From Thermotalea metallivorans (GTDB taxonomy: Bacteria > Bacillota > Clostridia > Peptostreptococcales > Thermotaleaceae): a stretch of 24,000 bases of DNA. The stretch lies in NCBI RefSeq assembly GCF_001562415.1, contig NZ_LOEE01000046.1, forward strand, positions 74,144 through 98,143, read 5' to 3'. The translations under genes were made by a program, and so were the position numbers. The notes beneath the pieces were generated by a model. It was not told the DNA's origin. It saw only the letters and a list, made by a program, of their open reading frames with translations, and searched no databases. Shown piece by piece: positions 1 through 8,566 of this stretch. Each line of letters begins with the position of its first letter. Position 1 is the first letter of the stretch.

Positions 1-1431
1 CCCTACCGTGGCTTGATCTGTTTGTTCTACCCTCCAATTGTTCTTTCTGTTGGCCAACTCATCCTTGATCTTTTTCTCCTCATCCCTGATTTTCGCTGCC
101 TTCTCAAAATCTTGAGCGCTAATGGCCTCCTCCTTCTCTTTTAACAATTCTTCCAGCTTTTCCTCTAAATCTTTTAATTCCGGCGGTTGGGTTACCATCT
201 GCAATCTTACCCTGGATGCAGCTTCGTCGATCAAATCTACCGCCTTATCGGGCAAGAATCGATCGGTAATATACCGATGGGATAACTCAGCGGCGGCCTT
301 TAGCGCTTCATCAGTAATCTTTACACGATGATGGGCCTCATATTTATCCCTCAATCCCTTTAGAATCTGCATGGTTTCCTCCACTGTAGGCTCTTCTACA
401 ATGATAGGCTGGAACCTTCTCTCCAAAGCAGGATCTTTTTCCACATGCTTTCTATATTCATCTAGGGTAGTGGCTCCGATCGCCTGCAATTCTCCCCTTG
501 CCAATGCAGGTTTTAGAATATTGGAAGCATCAATGGCCCCTTCTGCGGCCCCTGCGCCGATCATGGTGTGCATTTCATCAATGAACAGGATCACATTTCC
601 TGCTTTTCTCAACTCCTCCATAACCTTTTTCAGCCTATCTTCAAATTCTCCTCTGTATTTGGCACCTGCGACCATGGAAGCCAGATCCAGGGTAACAACC
701 CGCTTGTTTCTAAGAATTTCAGGTATATTGCCTTCTACAATCCTTTGGGCCAACCCTTCGGCAATGGCCGTCTTGCCCACACCAGGCTCGCCGATGAGGC
801 AAGGATTATTTTTTGTTCTCCTGCTAAGAATCTGAACAACCCTTTCAATTTCCTTTTCTCTTCCGATGACCGGGTCCAGCTTCCCCTCTCTGGCCATTTC
901 CGTTAAATCTCTGCCATATTCATTCAGGGTAGGGGTATTTTTTTTATGATTTGTCGTATAGGTATTGGCCTCCATATCTTTATTAGAAACCGAGTTCCCC
1001 AACAGTTTCATAATTTCTTCCCTGGCCTTCGACAGGCTTACACCGCTATCCACCAGTATTTTGGCAGCAATGCCTTCTCCTTCTCTGATTAATCCCAACA
1101 GCAAATGCTCTGTTCCAATATAATTATGCCCCAAAGCCCTTGCTTCTGCAAAGCTTAATTCAAACACCCTTTTGGTTCTGGGTGTAAAGCCGAGAAGTTG
1201 GGCCCCATCTTCATTTCCAAAGCCAATCATGTCCTCAATCTTTTTCTTCAACTGTTCCGTGCTGATTCCCAAGACCATCAACACCTTTGCCGCAATACCT
1301 TCTCCTTCCTTTAGGAGCCCTAACAGCAAGTGTTCTGTGCCTACATAATTATGCCTTAAATTTTGTGCTTCCTCTTGTGCTAATAAAATCGCCTTCTGCG
1401 CTCTTTCGGTAAATCTTCCAAACATCGCCAT
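1..1431 (-). CDS. clpC: ATP-dependent Clp protease ATP-binding subunit ClpC (N-terminal ~477 aa; the 3' end runs off the window)
   Basis: Absent from the ORF track because it is open to the window edge. My minus-strand translation from the ATG at 1431 gives [51 protein letters not shown]..., followed by a second Clp_N repeat ([25 protein letters not shown]). Walker [12 protein letters not shown] is encoded around 770-800. It is the last gene after ctsR-mcsA-mcsB. Confidence 0.93.
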   Translation of the reverse strand, partial: MAMFGRFTERAQKAILLAQEEAQNLRHNYVGTEHLLLGLLKEGEGIAAKVLMVLGISTEQLKKKIEDMIGFGNEDGAQLLGFTPRTKRVFELSFAEARALGHNYIGTEHLLLGLIREGEGIAAKILVDSGVSLSKAREEIMKLLGNSVSNKDMEANTYTTNHKKNTPTLNEYGRDLTEMAREGKLDPVIGREKEIERVVQILSRRTKNNPCLIGEPGVGKTAIAEGLAQRIVEGNIPEILRNKRVVTLDLASMVAGAKYRGEFEDRLKKVMEELRKAGNVILFIDEMHTMIGAGAAEGAIDASNILKPALARGELQAIGATTLDEYRKHVEKDPALERRFQPIIVEEPTVEETMQILKGLRDKYEAHHRVKITDEALKAAAELSHRYITDRFLPDKAVDLIDEAASRVRLQMVTQPPELKDLEEKLEELLKEKEEAISAQDFEKAAKIRDEEKKIKDELANRKNNWRVEQTDQATVG

Positions 1432-1492
1432 ATTGGTAACACCTCCAATAGTTATTTCCTAAAAAATTCATCCATACATGTGTTTTCCTTTC

Positions 1493-2527
1493 TTAACCCT
1501 TTTTTTGAATCTTCTCCCGTATGAGGGCCGCTCTGCGGATATCCCTTTCATGGGCACTCAGAGGTTTTCCTGCTATTTTTTGCAGGTATGCCCCCTGGGA
1601 CATCACCATGATTTGATTGACCACATCCATAGAAATCCCCTTGATAATTTGGGTATCAATGCCCAGCCTCAAATCCGATAAAAGTTGCATACATTCTTGA
1701 GAACTTAAGATTCTTGCATTGGCTAAAACTCCAAAGGACCTGTAGATACGATCTTCCAACTGGATAGGGTTGCTGGACAACAGTGTATTTCTTGCATCCC
1801 TTTCTTTTTGTATAATTTGTAATGTCACATCCTTCAGATTGCTAATAATTTCTGCCTCATTTCTACCAAGGGTAAGCTGATTGGAAATCTGAAAGATGTT
1901 GCCCAAAAACTCTGTTCCTTCTCCATAAATCCCTCGCACCGCCAATCCAATCTGACCAGCAGCTTGCAGGATTCGGTTGATATATCCTGTCATGGTTAAA
2001 GCGGGCAGATGCACCATCACCGAGGCTCGAATCCCCGTTCCTACATTGGTGGGACAAGATGTCAAATAGCCCAACTGCTCATCAAAGGCATACTGAATCC
2101 TTTCCTCCAATACATCATCGATTTTATCTGCAAGATCCCAAGCTTCATTCAATTGGAGTCCTGGCAGCAAACATTGAATGCGAATATGATCTTCTTCGTT
2201 AATCATAATACTGACAGATTCATCCCGATTCAAAAGAACAGCACTTTTTTCCCATTGCTCTGCCAGATGGGAGCTAATCAGGTATGTTTCTACCAACACT
2301 TGCCTTTCCAAGGGGGGCATTTCCTCTAATTCATATAATTTAAATTCATTTTTCAAAGTCGTATTCCCTTCGAGAATCCCGCTGCTGACCTTCTGGATCA
2401 GCTCCTTGCTTTTATGCTTCGTCAGGGCGATAGGAAAAGGAAAATCCTCGATGTTTCTCGCCAAACGAATTCTGCTGCTAATAATAATATCACTTTCAGG
2501 TCCCATCTGTTCCATCCACCTTGCCAT
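1493..2527 (-). CDS. mcsB: Protein arginine kinase McsB (ATP:guanido phosphotransferase family)
   Basis: 344-aa ORF with guanidino-kinase-like motifs (SCPTNVGTGIRASVMVHLPAL). Sits between mcsA and clpC. RBS AGGGGTGA lies upstream of the ATG. Confidence 0.92.
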   Translation of the reverse strand: MARWMEQMGPESDIIISSRIRLARNIEDFPFPIALTKHKSKELIQKVSSGILEGNTTLKNEFKLYELEEMPPLERQVLVETYLISSHLAEQWEKSAVLLNRDESVSIMINEEDHIRIQCLLPGLQLNEAWDLADKIDDVLEERIQYAFDEQLGYLTSCPTNVGTGIRASVMVHLPALTMTGYINRILQAAGQIGLAVRGIYGEGTEFLGNIFQISNQLTLGRNEAEIISNLKDVTLQIIQKERDARNTLLSSNPIQLEDRIYRSFGVLANARILSSQECMQLLSDLRLGIDTQIIKGISMDVVNQIMVMSQGAYLQKIAGKPLSAHERDIRRAALIREKIQKKG

Positions 2528-2539
2528 CGCTTTTCACCC

Positions 2540-3052
2540 CTAATTCAGACTATTCAACTGACTTTCCATTTCACGAATTTGATCCCGCAATACAGCCGCC
2601 CGTTCAAACGCTTCTTTTCGGATAGCATCATCCAGCTCACTTTTCAGCCGCTTAATTTCCTTTTTCAGTCTTATGTTGCCTCCAGCCCGTTTTGGTACTT
2701 TTCCACTATGCACTTCGCTGCCTTGAACCCGCTTAATCAATGGAAACAATTTTTCGCGAAATGCATTATAGCACTGGGCACAACCTAGCCTTCCCAACTG
2801 CTTAAACTTACCGTAGGTCATTCCGCATTGGTCACACTTAGTTGTCTTGATATAATCTACTTTGATCGGAGAATCTTGAATGGAGTCCAACAGCCCTGTC
2901 AGGAAATTGTTGATGGAAAAGGAAGTATCAAAGGGCATTTCTTCACTTTGCTTGGCGCACTGTTCACAGAGATGAAGCTCTGTTTTCTTATCATTCAATA
3001 TTTTGGTCACATGGACCGTGGCAGTTCTTTTATTGCAATTTTCACATAACAT
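2540..3052 (-). CDS. mcsA: McsA, activator of protein arginine kinase (Zn-finger repeats plus UVR motif)
   Basis: Repeated CxxC pairs (CENCNKR...CEQC, CDQCG...CAQC) and a C-terminal UVR-like segment (FERAAVLRDQIREME). The track start (TTG at 3070) overlaps ctsR. I prefer the ATG at 3052, which is preceded by GGAGGGaataaa and lies 1 nt after the ctsR stop. Confidence 0.88.
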   Translation of the reverse strand: MLCENCNKRTATVHVTKILNDKKTELHLCEQCAKQSEEMPFDTSFSINNFLTGLLDSIQDSPIKVDYIKTTKCDQCGMTYGKFKQLGRLGCAQCYNAFREKLFPLIKRVQGSEVHSGKVPKRAGGNIRLKKEIKRLKSELDDAIRKEAFERAAVLRDQIREMESQLNSLN

Positions 3053-3053
3053 T

Positions 3054-3524
3054 TTATTCCCTCCCATCAAAGATAAAGACTGCTGCCAGCATATTTTTAA
3101 ATATGTTGGCCCGAACCTGATCCTTCATATTTACCGGAATGTTGATGCTCCGGTCATTTACAGCAGCAGCCATGAGCCTTCCTTCTCTTTCCGAAATCCA
3201 TTTCTTTTCCACCAATCGACGGATGATTCCTTCTGCTTTTACCCTGCCGATGGCATCTCCAATTTCTTCCATCAATATCTTTAGGTATTGGTTTTTATCC
3301 ACATTGACCTTTACAATTTTAATGCAGCCTCCCCCACCCCTTCTGCTTTCAATCAGATATCCTTTGTCCACTGTAAATCTCGTCATGAGTACATAATTGA
3401 TTTGAGACGGCGCACAATGAAAATAATCGGCCAACTCATTTCTTTGAATTTCTATGGCACGGTTGTTTGATTCCTCCAACAATTCCTTAATAAAGGCTTC
3501 AATAATATTGCTTAGCCTAGACAT
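3054..3524 (-). CDS. ctsR: CtsR, transcriptional repressor of class III stress genes
   Basis: Sequence MSRLSNIIEAFIKELL...AIEIQRNELADYFHCAPSQINYVL...RRGGGG is typical of CtsR. The track ORF start (3587) falls inside the promoter -35 and the ORF reads through the CtsR box. The ATG at 3524, preceded by GGGGAGatgatt, is the realistic start. Confidence 0.92.
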   Translation of the reverse strand: MSRLSNIIEAFIKELLEESNNRAIEIQRNELADYFHCAPSQINYVLMTRFTVDKGYLIESRRGGGGCIKIVKVNVDKNQYLKILMEEIGDAIGRVKAEGIIRRLVEKKWISEREGRLMAAAVNDRSINIPVNMKDQVRANIFKNMLAAVFIFDGRE

Positions 3525-3538
3525 AATCATCTCCCCAT

Positions 3539-3555
3539 TTTGACTTTCTTTGACT
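3539..3555 (-). promoter_or_regulatory. CtsR operator (heptad direct repeat AGTCAAA-GAA-AGTCAAA)
   Basis: The minus strand reads AGTCAAAGAAAGTCAAA. This fully matches the published CtsR box consensus (A/G)GTCAAANAN(A/G)GTCAAA. It starts 3 nt downstream of the -10. Confidence 0.9.
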
Positions 3556-3558
3556 TTT

Positions 3559-3587
3559 ATTTTAAAAAATTTTCCATTCCTTTTCAA
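3559..3587 (-). promoter_or_regulatory. SigA-type promoter of the ctsR operon (TTGAAA - 17 nt - TAAAAT)
   Basis: Minus strand: TTGAAAaggaatggaaaatttttTAAAAT, followed directly by the CtsR box and the RBS. Confidence 0.8.
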
Positions 3588-3678
3588 GGATGATTTTTAC
3601 TTATTTTTGCAAAATATATCTTATTTGTTTAAAATTTCTCTATTTTTCATTTCTCTTTATCTATTTTTACCACTGAAC

Positions 3679-3701
3679 AAAAAAACCAATCATAGGATTG
3701 G
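3679..3701 (-). terminator. Rho-independent terminator downstream of the 80-aa ORF
   Basis: Minus strand: CCAATC-ctat-GATTGG followed by TTTTTTTG. Confidence 0.65.
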
Positions 3702-3705
3702 CTGA

Positions 3706-3948
3706 TTAATTGTGTTTTTTTCTGTGGGCAATGATATGATATTTTTCCCCCTCATGTCCTCCTTTGGGCAATACTTCAAATCCATGATCCCGCAGTATGT
3801 CAAGGATATATCCTGCCCGGTGGGATTCGACGGCATCCATGGTGATGATCAATTCATCCTCCGGCCCTACCTTCTTTATAATTTCTAAAAGCCTCCCATT
3901 GGCACTAAGCCCCAATTCCCCGTTATAATGAATGAAACGATCACTCAT
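3706..3948 (-). CDS. Small hypothetical protein (80 aa, soluble)
   Basis: Intact ORF with an AAAGGAGG RBS (minus strand) upstream and its own terminator. I do not recognise a family. Confidence 0.6.
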   Translation of the reverse strand: MSDRFIHYNGELGLSANGRLLEIIKKVGPEDELIITMDAVESHRAGYILDILRDHGFEVLPKGGHEGEKYHIIAHRKKHN

Positions 3949-4100
3949 TCTTTTGCCTCCTTTGTCATTTGCTCCTCTTTAGTTTTTGCAACCATCTCCA
4001 TATTATTCAAGCTTGTTCATGGAAAAATTCATAGACAGACGAAAGGCAAAGCAGCATCACCATCAGGAGCCCTATCTCAAAGGTTTTTCTGCAAAATGCA

Positions 4101-4122
4101 GATGGAGCCTTTTCGCTCCATC
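4101..4122 (-). terminator. Hairpin just downstream of the EF-G paralog stop
   Basis: GATGGAGC-(6 nt)-GCTCCATC. On the minus strand it is followed by tgcATTTTgc, which is only a modest T-run. Confidence 0.5.
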
Positions 4123-4129
4123 TCCATCA

Positions 4130-6196
4130 CTATTTTTCCGCCTTGGCAGCTTCTATTACTTTTTGGCTCAGATGTTGAGGCATTTCGTCGTATCTTTCAA
4201 ATCTCATGGTAAAGCTTCCCCTTGCCTGGGTCATGGATCTTAGGTCAATGGCATATTTCAACATTTCTGCTTGGGGTGCTTCCGCAATAACTCTTTGCAT
4301 GCCGTCACCCAGAGGTTCCATACCTAAAATTCTGCCTCTCCGCTTATTCATGTCTCCCATGATGTCCCCCATATACTCTTCTGGAACAGTGATTTCCACA
4401 TGCATAATCGGTTCGAGCAATACCGGCTTCGCTGCTTCCATACCCTTTTTAAATGCCAAGGATGCTGCAATCTTGAAAGCCATCTCCGAGGAGTCCACAT
4501 CATGATAGGATCCATCATACAGGGTAGCTTTTATATTCACTACGGGATATCCTGCCAGGACACCGCATTCTAAGCACTCCCTCAATCCCTTTTCTACCGC
4601 AGGTATATATTGTTTTGGCACAGACCCGCCAAAAATTTCTTCTGCAAATACAAAATCTTCTGTAGCAGGCTCAAAGCGTATCTTGACGTCTCCATACTGT
4701 CCATGGCCCCCTGACTGTTTCTTATGCTTGCCTTGCACATCGGATTTTCCCTTGATGGTCTCCCGGTAGGGAATCTTTTGATCCACCAATTGCACATCTA
4801 CACCAAATTTTTGTTTTAGCTTGTTGGTAATCACATTGATATGGATATCTCCCTGTCCGCCGATAAGAGTTTGCTTTGTTTCCGGGTTTCTTACCACTAC
4901 GAAAGTCGGGTCTTCCTCTGTGAGACGGCTTAATCCTGAACCGATTTTTTCTTCATCACCCTTTGCCTTTGGCTCCACGGCCATAAATAAAGTAGGCTCC
5001 GGAAACTCAATCTTGTGATATCGGACAGGATGGTTTTTATCACACAGGGTATCTCCCGTAGACGCATGCTGCAGTTTTGCAATGGCCGCTATATCTCCAG
5101 CCACAACTTTGTCCACAGGCACTTGGGTTTTTCCTCTTAATACGAACAAACTTCCTACCTTTTCTACCTCATCCTTCTCAGGGTTATAAACCTCCATATC
5201 CCCTTTTAATTCACCGGAAATGACCTTTATCAGAGAAATCTTTCCTACATAGGGGTCCACTACCGTTTTGAATACAAAGGCAGAAAATGGCCCGGAACTG
5301 TCGATTTTTCTTTCCACAGATGTGCCGCTCTTTATATCAACCCCTTCGTAGGGCTTCATATCCTTCGGGGAAGGCATATAGTCACTGATCATATTCAGCA
5401 GTGTATGAATTCCTATATTATTGACGGCCGAACCTACCAATACAGGCACAACATCTCCCGCCAGCACGCCTTTTCTGAGACCCTCATGGATCTCTTCAAG
5501 GGTAAATTCCTCTCCAGCAAAATATTTTTCCATAAGCACTTCATCGCTTTCAGCCACTGACTCGATAAGCATTTCTCTCACGGGACCAATCATGCTGATC
5601 ATATCATCCGTTAACCCTTTATCTACACATTCTTTGCCGTTGTATTCCCTAGCAATCATATCTACTACATTAATGAAGCCTTTAAAATTATTGGTTTCCC
5701 CAAGGGGTATGGCAAATGGTGCAATGGCCTTTCCAAACTTTTCTCTTAAATCGTTCAATATTTTATCAAAATTAACGTTTTCCTTATCCATTTTGTTGAT
5801 AAAAATGAACTTAGGCATTTTGCGATCACTGGTATATTTCCAAACCTTTTCTGTTCCGACCTCAATCCCTGAAGATGCATCCAGTACAATGATGGCTCCG
5901 CCGGCCACCCTTAAGGCACTGTTGACCTCTCCTGCAAAATCAAAATAACCTGGTGTGTCGAGAATATTATATTTATAATCTTTCCATTCAATTGGAATCA
6001 GTGATGTGCTAATGGATATCTTTCTTGCAATCTCCTCTTTGTCAAAATCCGATACTGTATTTCCATCCTCTACTCTTCCCAATCTATTGATAACCTTTGT
6101 CGTAAACAACATTGCTTCTGTCAAGATCGTCTTACCGCAACCGCCATGACCAATCAATGCTACATTCCTTATTTTATCACTTGGATATCCCTTCAT
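4130..6196 (-). CDS. Elongation factor G paralog, EF-G II / EF-G-2-like subfamily
   Basis: 688 aa with the five-domain length of EF-G. G motifs are GHGGCGKT (G1), DTPGYFDF (G3, with Tyr in place of the catalytic His) and NKMD (G4). The pattern resembles Thermus EF-G-2 (GHAGSGKT / DAPGY), not canonical FusA (AHIDAGKT / DTPGH) or Tet(M). Confidence 0.85.
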   Translation of the reverse strand: MKGYPSDKIRNVALIGHGGCGKTILTEAMLFTTKVINRLGRVEDGNTVSDFDKEEIARKISISTSLIPIEWKDYKYNILDTPGYFDFAGEVNSALRVAGGAIIVLDASSGIEVGTEKVWKYTSDRKMPKFIFINKMDKENVNFDKILNDLREKFGKAIAPFAIPLGETNNFKGFINVVDMIAREYNGKECVDKGLTDDMISMIGPVREMLIESVAESDEVLMEKYFAGEEFTLEEIHEGLRKGVLAGDVVPVLVGSAVNNIGIHTLLNMISDYMPSPKDMKPYEGVDIKSGTSVERKIDSSGPFSAFVFKTVVDPYVGKISLIKVISGELKGDMEVYNPEKDEVEKVGSLFVLRGKTQVPVDKVVAGDIAAIAKLQHASTGDTLCDKNHPVRYHKIEFPEPTLFMAVEPKAKGDEEKIGSGLSRLTEEDPTFVVVRNPETKQTLIGGQGDIHINVITNKLKQKFGVDVQLVDQKIPYRETIKGKSDVQGKHKKQSGGHGQYGDVKIRFEPATEDFVFAEEIFGGSVPKQYIPAVEKGLRECLECGVLAGYPVVNIKATLYDGSYHDVDSSEMAFKIAASLAFKKGMEAAKPVLLEPIMHVEITVPEEYMGDIMGDMNKRRGRILGMEPLGDGMQRVIAEAPQAEMLKYAIDLRSMTQARGSFTMRFERYDEMPQHLSQKVIEAAKAEK

Positions 6197-6510
6197 TTAG
6201 TTTCCCCCTCGCTTATTGTTGTAATATTTAGACAACTAATATTTATAATATTCTTCACTATTCTGAAAATTCCTTTATTTTTGTTGTGGAAAAGTTAATT
6301 TTTTCACCTTTGCCTTTTTCCCACTTTCTTTTTATAGTAAGACACCGCTAAAGTTTGATTGATGCCTTTATGAAGATAATCTTTTTATGCTGCAAATGTT
6401 TTGTTGCCAGTTACCGGTCACCAGTACTGGTAGCTGTTAGCTGATAGCTGACGGTTGCTAATCAGCGGCAACGATTTTTTAAAAATGTAACACTTTTCCT
6501 AAAATCTTTA

Positions 6511-6519
6511 TGTTATAAT
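6511..6519 (+). promoter_or_regulatory. Extended -10 promoter element (TGtTATAAT) upstream of hisC
   Basis: tgttataat lies 48 nt upstream of the hisC ATG. No good -35 is visible, which is compatible with an extended -10 promoter. Confidence 0.55.
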
Positions 6520-6567
6520 TAGTTTGGATATCTTACAAAAATTTTGTAATTGGGGGAGGAAAATAAA

Positions 6568-7698
6568 ATGGCGATTCAGCACAGAACAGAAATTGCCGAT
6601 CTTCAACCTTATAAACCCGGCAAACCCATTGATGACGTAAAAAGAGAGTATGGTTTAACCCATGTTGTAAAACTGGCATCCAATGAAAATCCTTTAGGTT
6701 GTTCCCCAAAGGTCATGGAAGCTATCCGGCAAGCATTGGATAGCCTCAGCCTATATCCCGATGGCAACTGTACAGAGTTAAAAACCGCCTTGGCTGCCAA
6801 GTTCGGCTTAAAGCCATCCCAGATTTTGCCCAGTGGCGGATCCGATGAAATGGTGGATATGATTTCAAAGGCCTATGTCAATCCTGGCGATGAAGTCATC
6901 GTAGCGGATATCACCTTTCCCAGATATATGGCTACGGCAAAAATGATGGGAGGTACCCCTGTGGTTGTCCCATTAAAGAACTTTACCTATGACTTGGACG
7001 CTATGTATCATGCCATCACGGACAAAACAAAACTTATATGGCTATGCAATCCAAACAACCCCACCGGTACCATGTTTGGAGAAAAGGCCCTGATGGAGTT
7101 TCTGGACAAAGTACCTCAACACATTATGGTCATCTATGATGAAGCCTATAACGAATATGTAACGAGGAGAGATTATCCTCAAGAAGCCTGTCGTTTGATC
7201 GATAAATACCCCAACATCGTGGTTATGAGGACTTTCTCAAAAATCTACGGTTTGGCAGCCCTTCGGGTGGGCTATACCATTGCCCGTGAAGAGATTATCA
7301 CGACACTGAACAAAATCAGAAACCCTTTTAATGTCAACACCCTGGCACAAAAAGCAGCCATTGCTGCCCTGGCGGATCAAGATTTTATTCAAAAGGCTTA
7401 TGCCTTAAATAAGCAAGGAAAAGAATATCTTTATCAAGCCTTTGATCAAATGGATATATCCTATGCCCCCTCAGAGGCAAACCACATTTTTTTCAACTGT
7501 CGGTATGATGCTCAGGAAATCTTTGAAGAACTGCAAAAAAGAGGTGTCATTATACGCCCCATGTTTGCCACCTATGCAAGGGTATCCATTGGAACCATGG
7601 AAGAAAACCAATTGTTCATTGAAACATTGAAGGAAGTTTTCAATATATTGGAGACAAAAAAGGAAGCAGCCTGTACATGCTGCTGTGATTGCAAATAA
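6568..7698 (+). CDS. hisC: Histidinol-phosphate aminotransferase (class II PLP aminotransferase) with a Cys-rich C-terminal tail
   Basis: Motifs LASNENPLG, NPNNPTG and RTFSKIYGLAALRVGY (PLP lysine motif). The ATG at 6568 is preceded by GGGGGAGGaaaataaa. The track start at 6550 is a TTG that overlaps the RBS. Confidence 0.88.
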   Translation: MAIQHRTEIADLQPYKPGKPIDDVKREYGLTHVVKLASNENPLGCSPKVMEAIRQALDSLSLYPDGNCTELKTALAAKFGLKPSQILPSGGSDEMVDMISKAYVNPGDEVIVADITFPRYMATAKMMGGTPVVVPLKNFTYDLDAMYHAITDKTKLIWLCNPNNPTGTMFGEKALMEFLDKVPQHIMVIYDEAYNEYVTRRDYPQEACRLIDKYPNIVVMRTFSKIYGLAALRVGYTIAREEIITTLNKIRNPFNVNTLAQKAAIAALADQDFIQKAYALNKQGKEYLYQAFDQMDISYAPSEANHIFFNCRYDAQEIFEELQKRGVIIRPMFATYARVSIGTMEENQLFIETLKEVFNILETKKEAACTCCCDCK

Positions 7699-7701
7699 CA
7701 A

Positions 7702-7737
7702 AGAAAAAAGTGGAGTGCCTCTGCATTCCACTTTTTT
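7702..7737. terminator. Bidirectional intrinsic terminator between convergent hisC and the NIF3-like gene
   Basis: AAAAAA-GTGGAGTGC-ctct-GCATTCCAC-TTTTTTT. An A-run and a T-run flank a ~9-bp stem that includes one G-U pair. Confidence 0.8.
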
Positions 7738-7744
7738 TCAATGA

Positions 7745-8566
7745 TTATTCTATGATACCGGACATTCTGATCACTTCTAAGCCTCTCTTTTCAAGCTCTC
7801 GGATGAAAATATTCAAGCCGATGGAATCACTGGCCATATGTCCTGCCACAATCACATTTCCGATATTTTGCTTTTCTACCTCTTCCCGTACATCGTCGGG
7901 AACATGCATACAGATAATCGTTCCCACACCTGCTTCAAAGTATGCCTTGAATACATCGGCTCCCCCATTGGTACCTCCTGCCATGAGCACGGCCACCTTA
8001 CCGGCATAATCTCCCTCACTGCCTACCCGAATGACAGGTCCTGCCGGGGTATGCCGATATTCATGGATCTCATTCAAGTATTCCATAAGATCTTTCAGCG
8101 TAGCCTTCGGATGCCCTTTAATTTTTTCGTTGATATGATTTTGTACAAATTTCTCCGTAATTATATCCGCGGGCAAATGAATATTCATATAGGGCATCTT
8201 CAATAATTTTGCCGCAGATCGTACCTTGTCATAGTTTTTCCCATGGGAAGCTCTCTCAAGGATTCCTATCTTCTTCTTCAATGCCTTCTGGGCCTTGTTG
8301 ATGGGTACCCCAAATTCCACCATTTTGTCGATCTGGACAGCCATCACCTTATGAAAATAAACTTCCTGCTCCCCCGTATGGGGATGATGGCTGATCACCA
8401 AATCCATGCCCAGTTCCTTTGCCAGCAAAAGCTCTGGGGTTTCCATATCAATGCCAATTAATACTTTTTTGATGTCATTTCCTTCTACAGAGATTCCGGA
8501 ATCCCAGGGAATTTCTTGCAGCCCCGCCAGTTCCAAGGCTATGTTCATAATTTCCGTTGTATTCAT
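7745..8566 (-). CDS. NIF3-family (DUF34 / dinuclear metal centre) protein
   Basis: The N-terminal pattern ...GISVEGNDIKKVLIGIDMETPELLLAKELGMDLVISHHP... and the C-terminal GHMASD match NIF3/YbgI-type motifs. Start is either the ATG at 8566 or the GTG at 8572. Confidence 0.7.
   Translation of the reverse strand: MNTTEIMNIALELAGLQEIPWDSGISVEGNDIKKVLIGIDMETPELLLAKELGMDLVISHHPHTGEQEVYFHKVMAVQIDKMVEFGVPINKAQKALKKKIGILERASHGKNYDKVRSAAKLLKMPYMNIHLPADIITEKFVQNHINEKIKGHPKATLKDLMEYLNEIHEYRHTPAGPVIRVGSEGDYAGKVAVLMAGGTNGGADVFKAYFEAGVGTIICMHVPDDVREEVEKQNIGNVIVAGHMASDSIGLNIFIRELEKRGLEVIRMSGIIE

Noticed and set aside
371-906. Plus-strand ORFs of 154 aa and 112 aa
   Set aside because: They are antisense shadows of clpC, which has unambiguous homology on the minus strand. 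The same reasoning applies to the other antisense track ORFs, for example 2009-2329, 5421-5948, 7838-8206, 9073-9519, 10531-10815, 18353-18643, 19192-19491, 20291-20554, 20903-21511 and 22943-23284.
4130-6196. Tet(M)/Tet(O)-type ribosomal protection (tetracycline resistance) protein
   Set aside because: At 688 aa, with GHGGCGKT and DTPGY motifs, it does not match Tet(M)-like proteins (~640 aa; AHVDAGKT, DTPGH). It fits the EF-G II subfamily better.
6370-6444. 24-codon plus-strand ORF (MKIIFLCCKCFVASYRSPVLVAVS) overlapping the GC-rich element
   Set aside because: No Shine-Dalgarno sequence upstream. It most likely arises by chance from the structured GC-rich island.
6197-6567. T-box leader, riboswitch or His-codon attenuator upstream of hisC
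   Set aside because: No T-box sequence (AATTAGGGTGGTACCGCG-like), no specifier-loop architecture and no run of His codons. The only terminator-like structure lies upstream of the apparent promoter, not between the promoter and the ATG.
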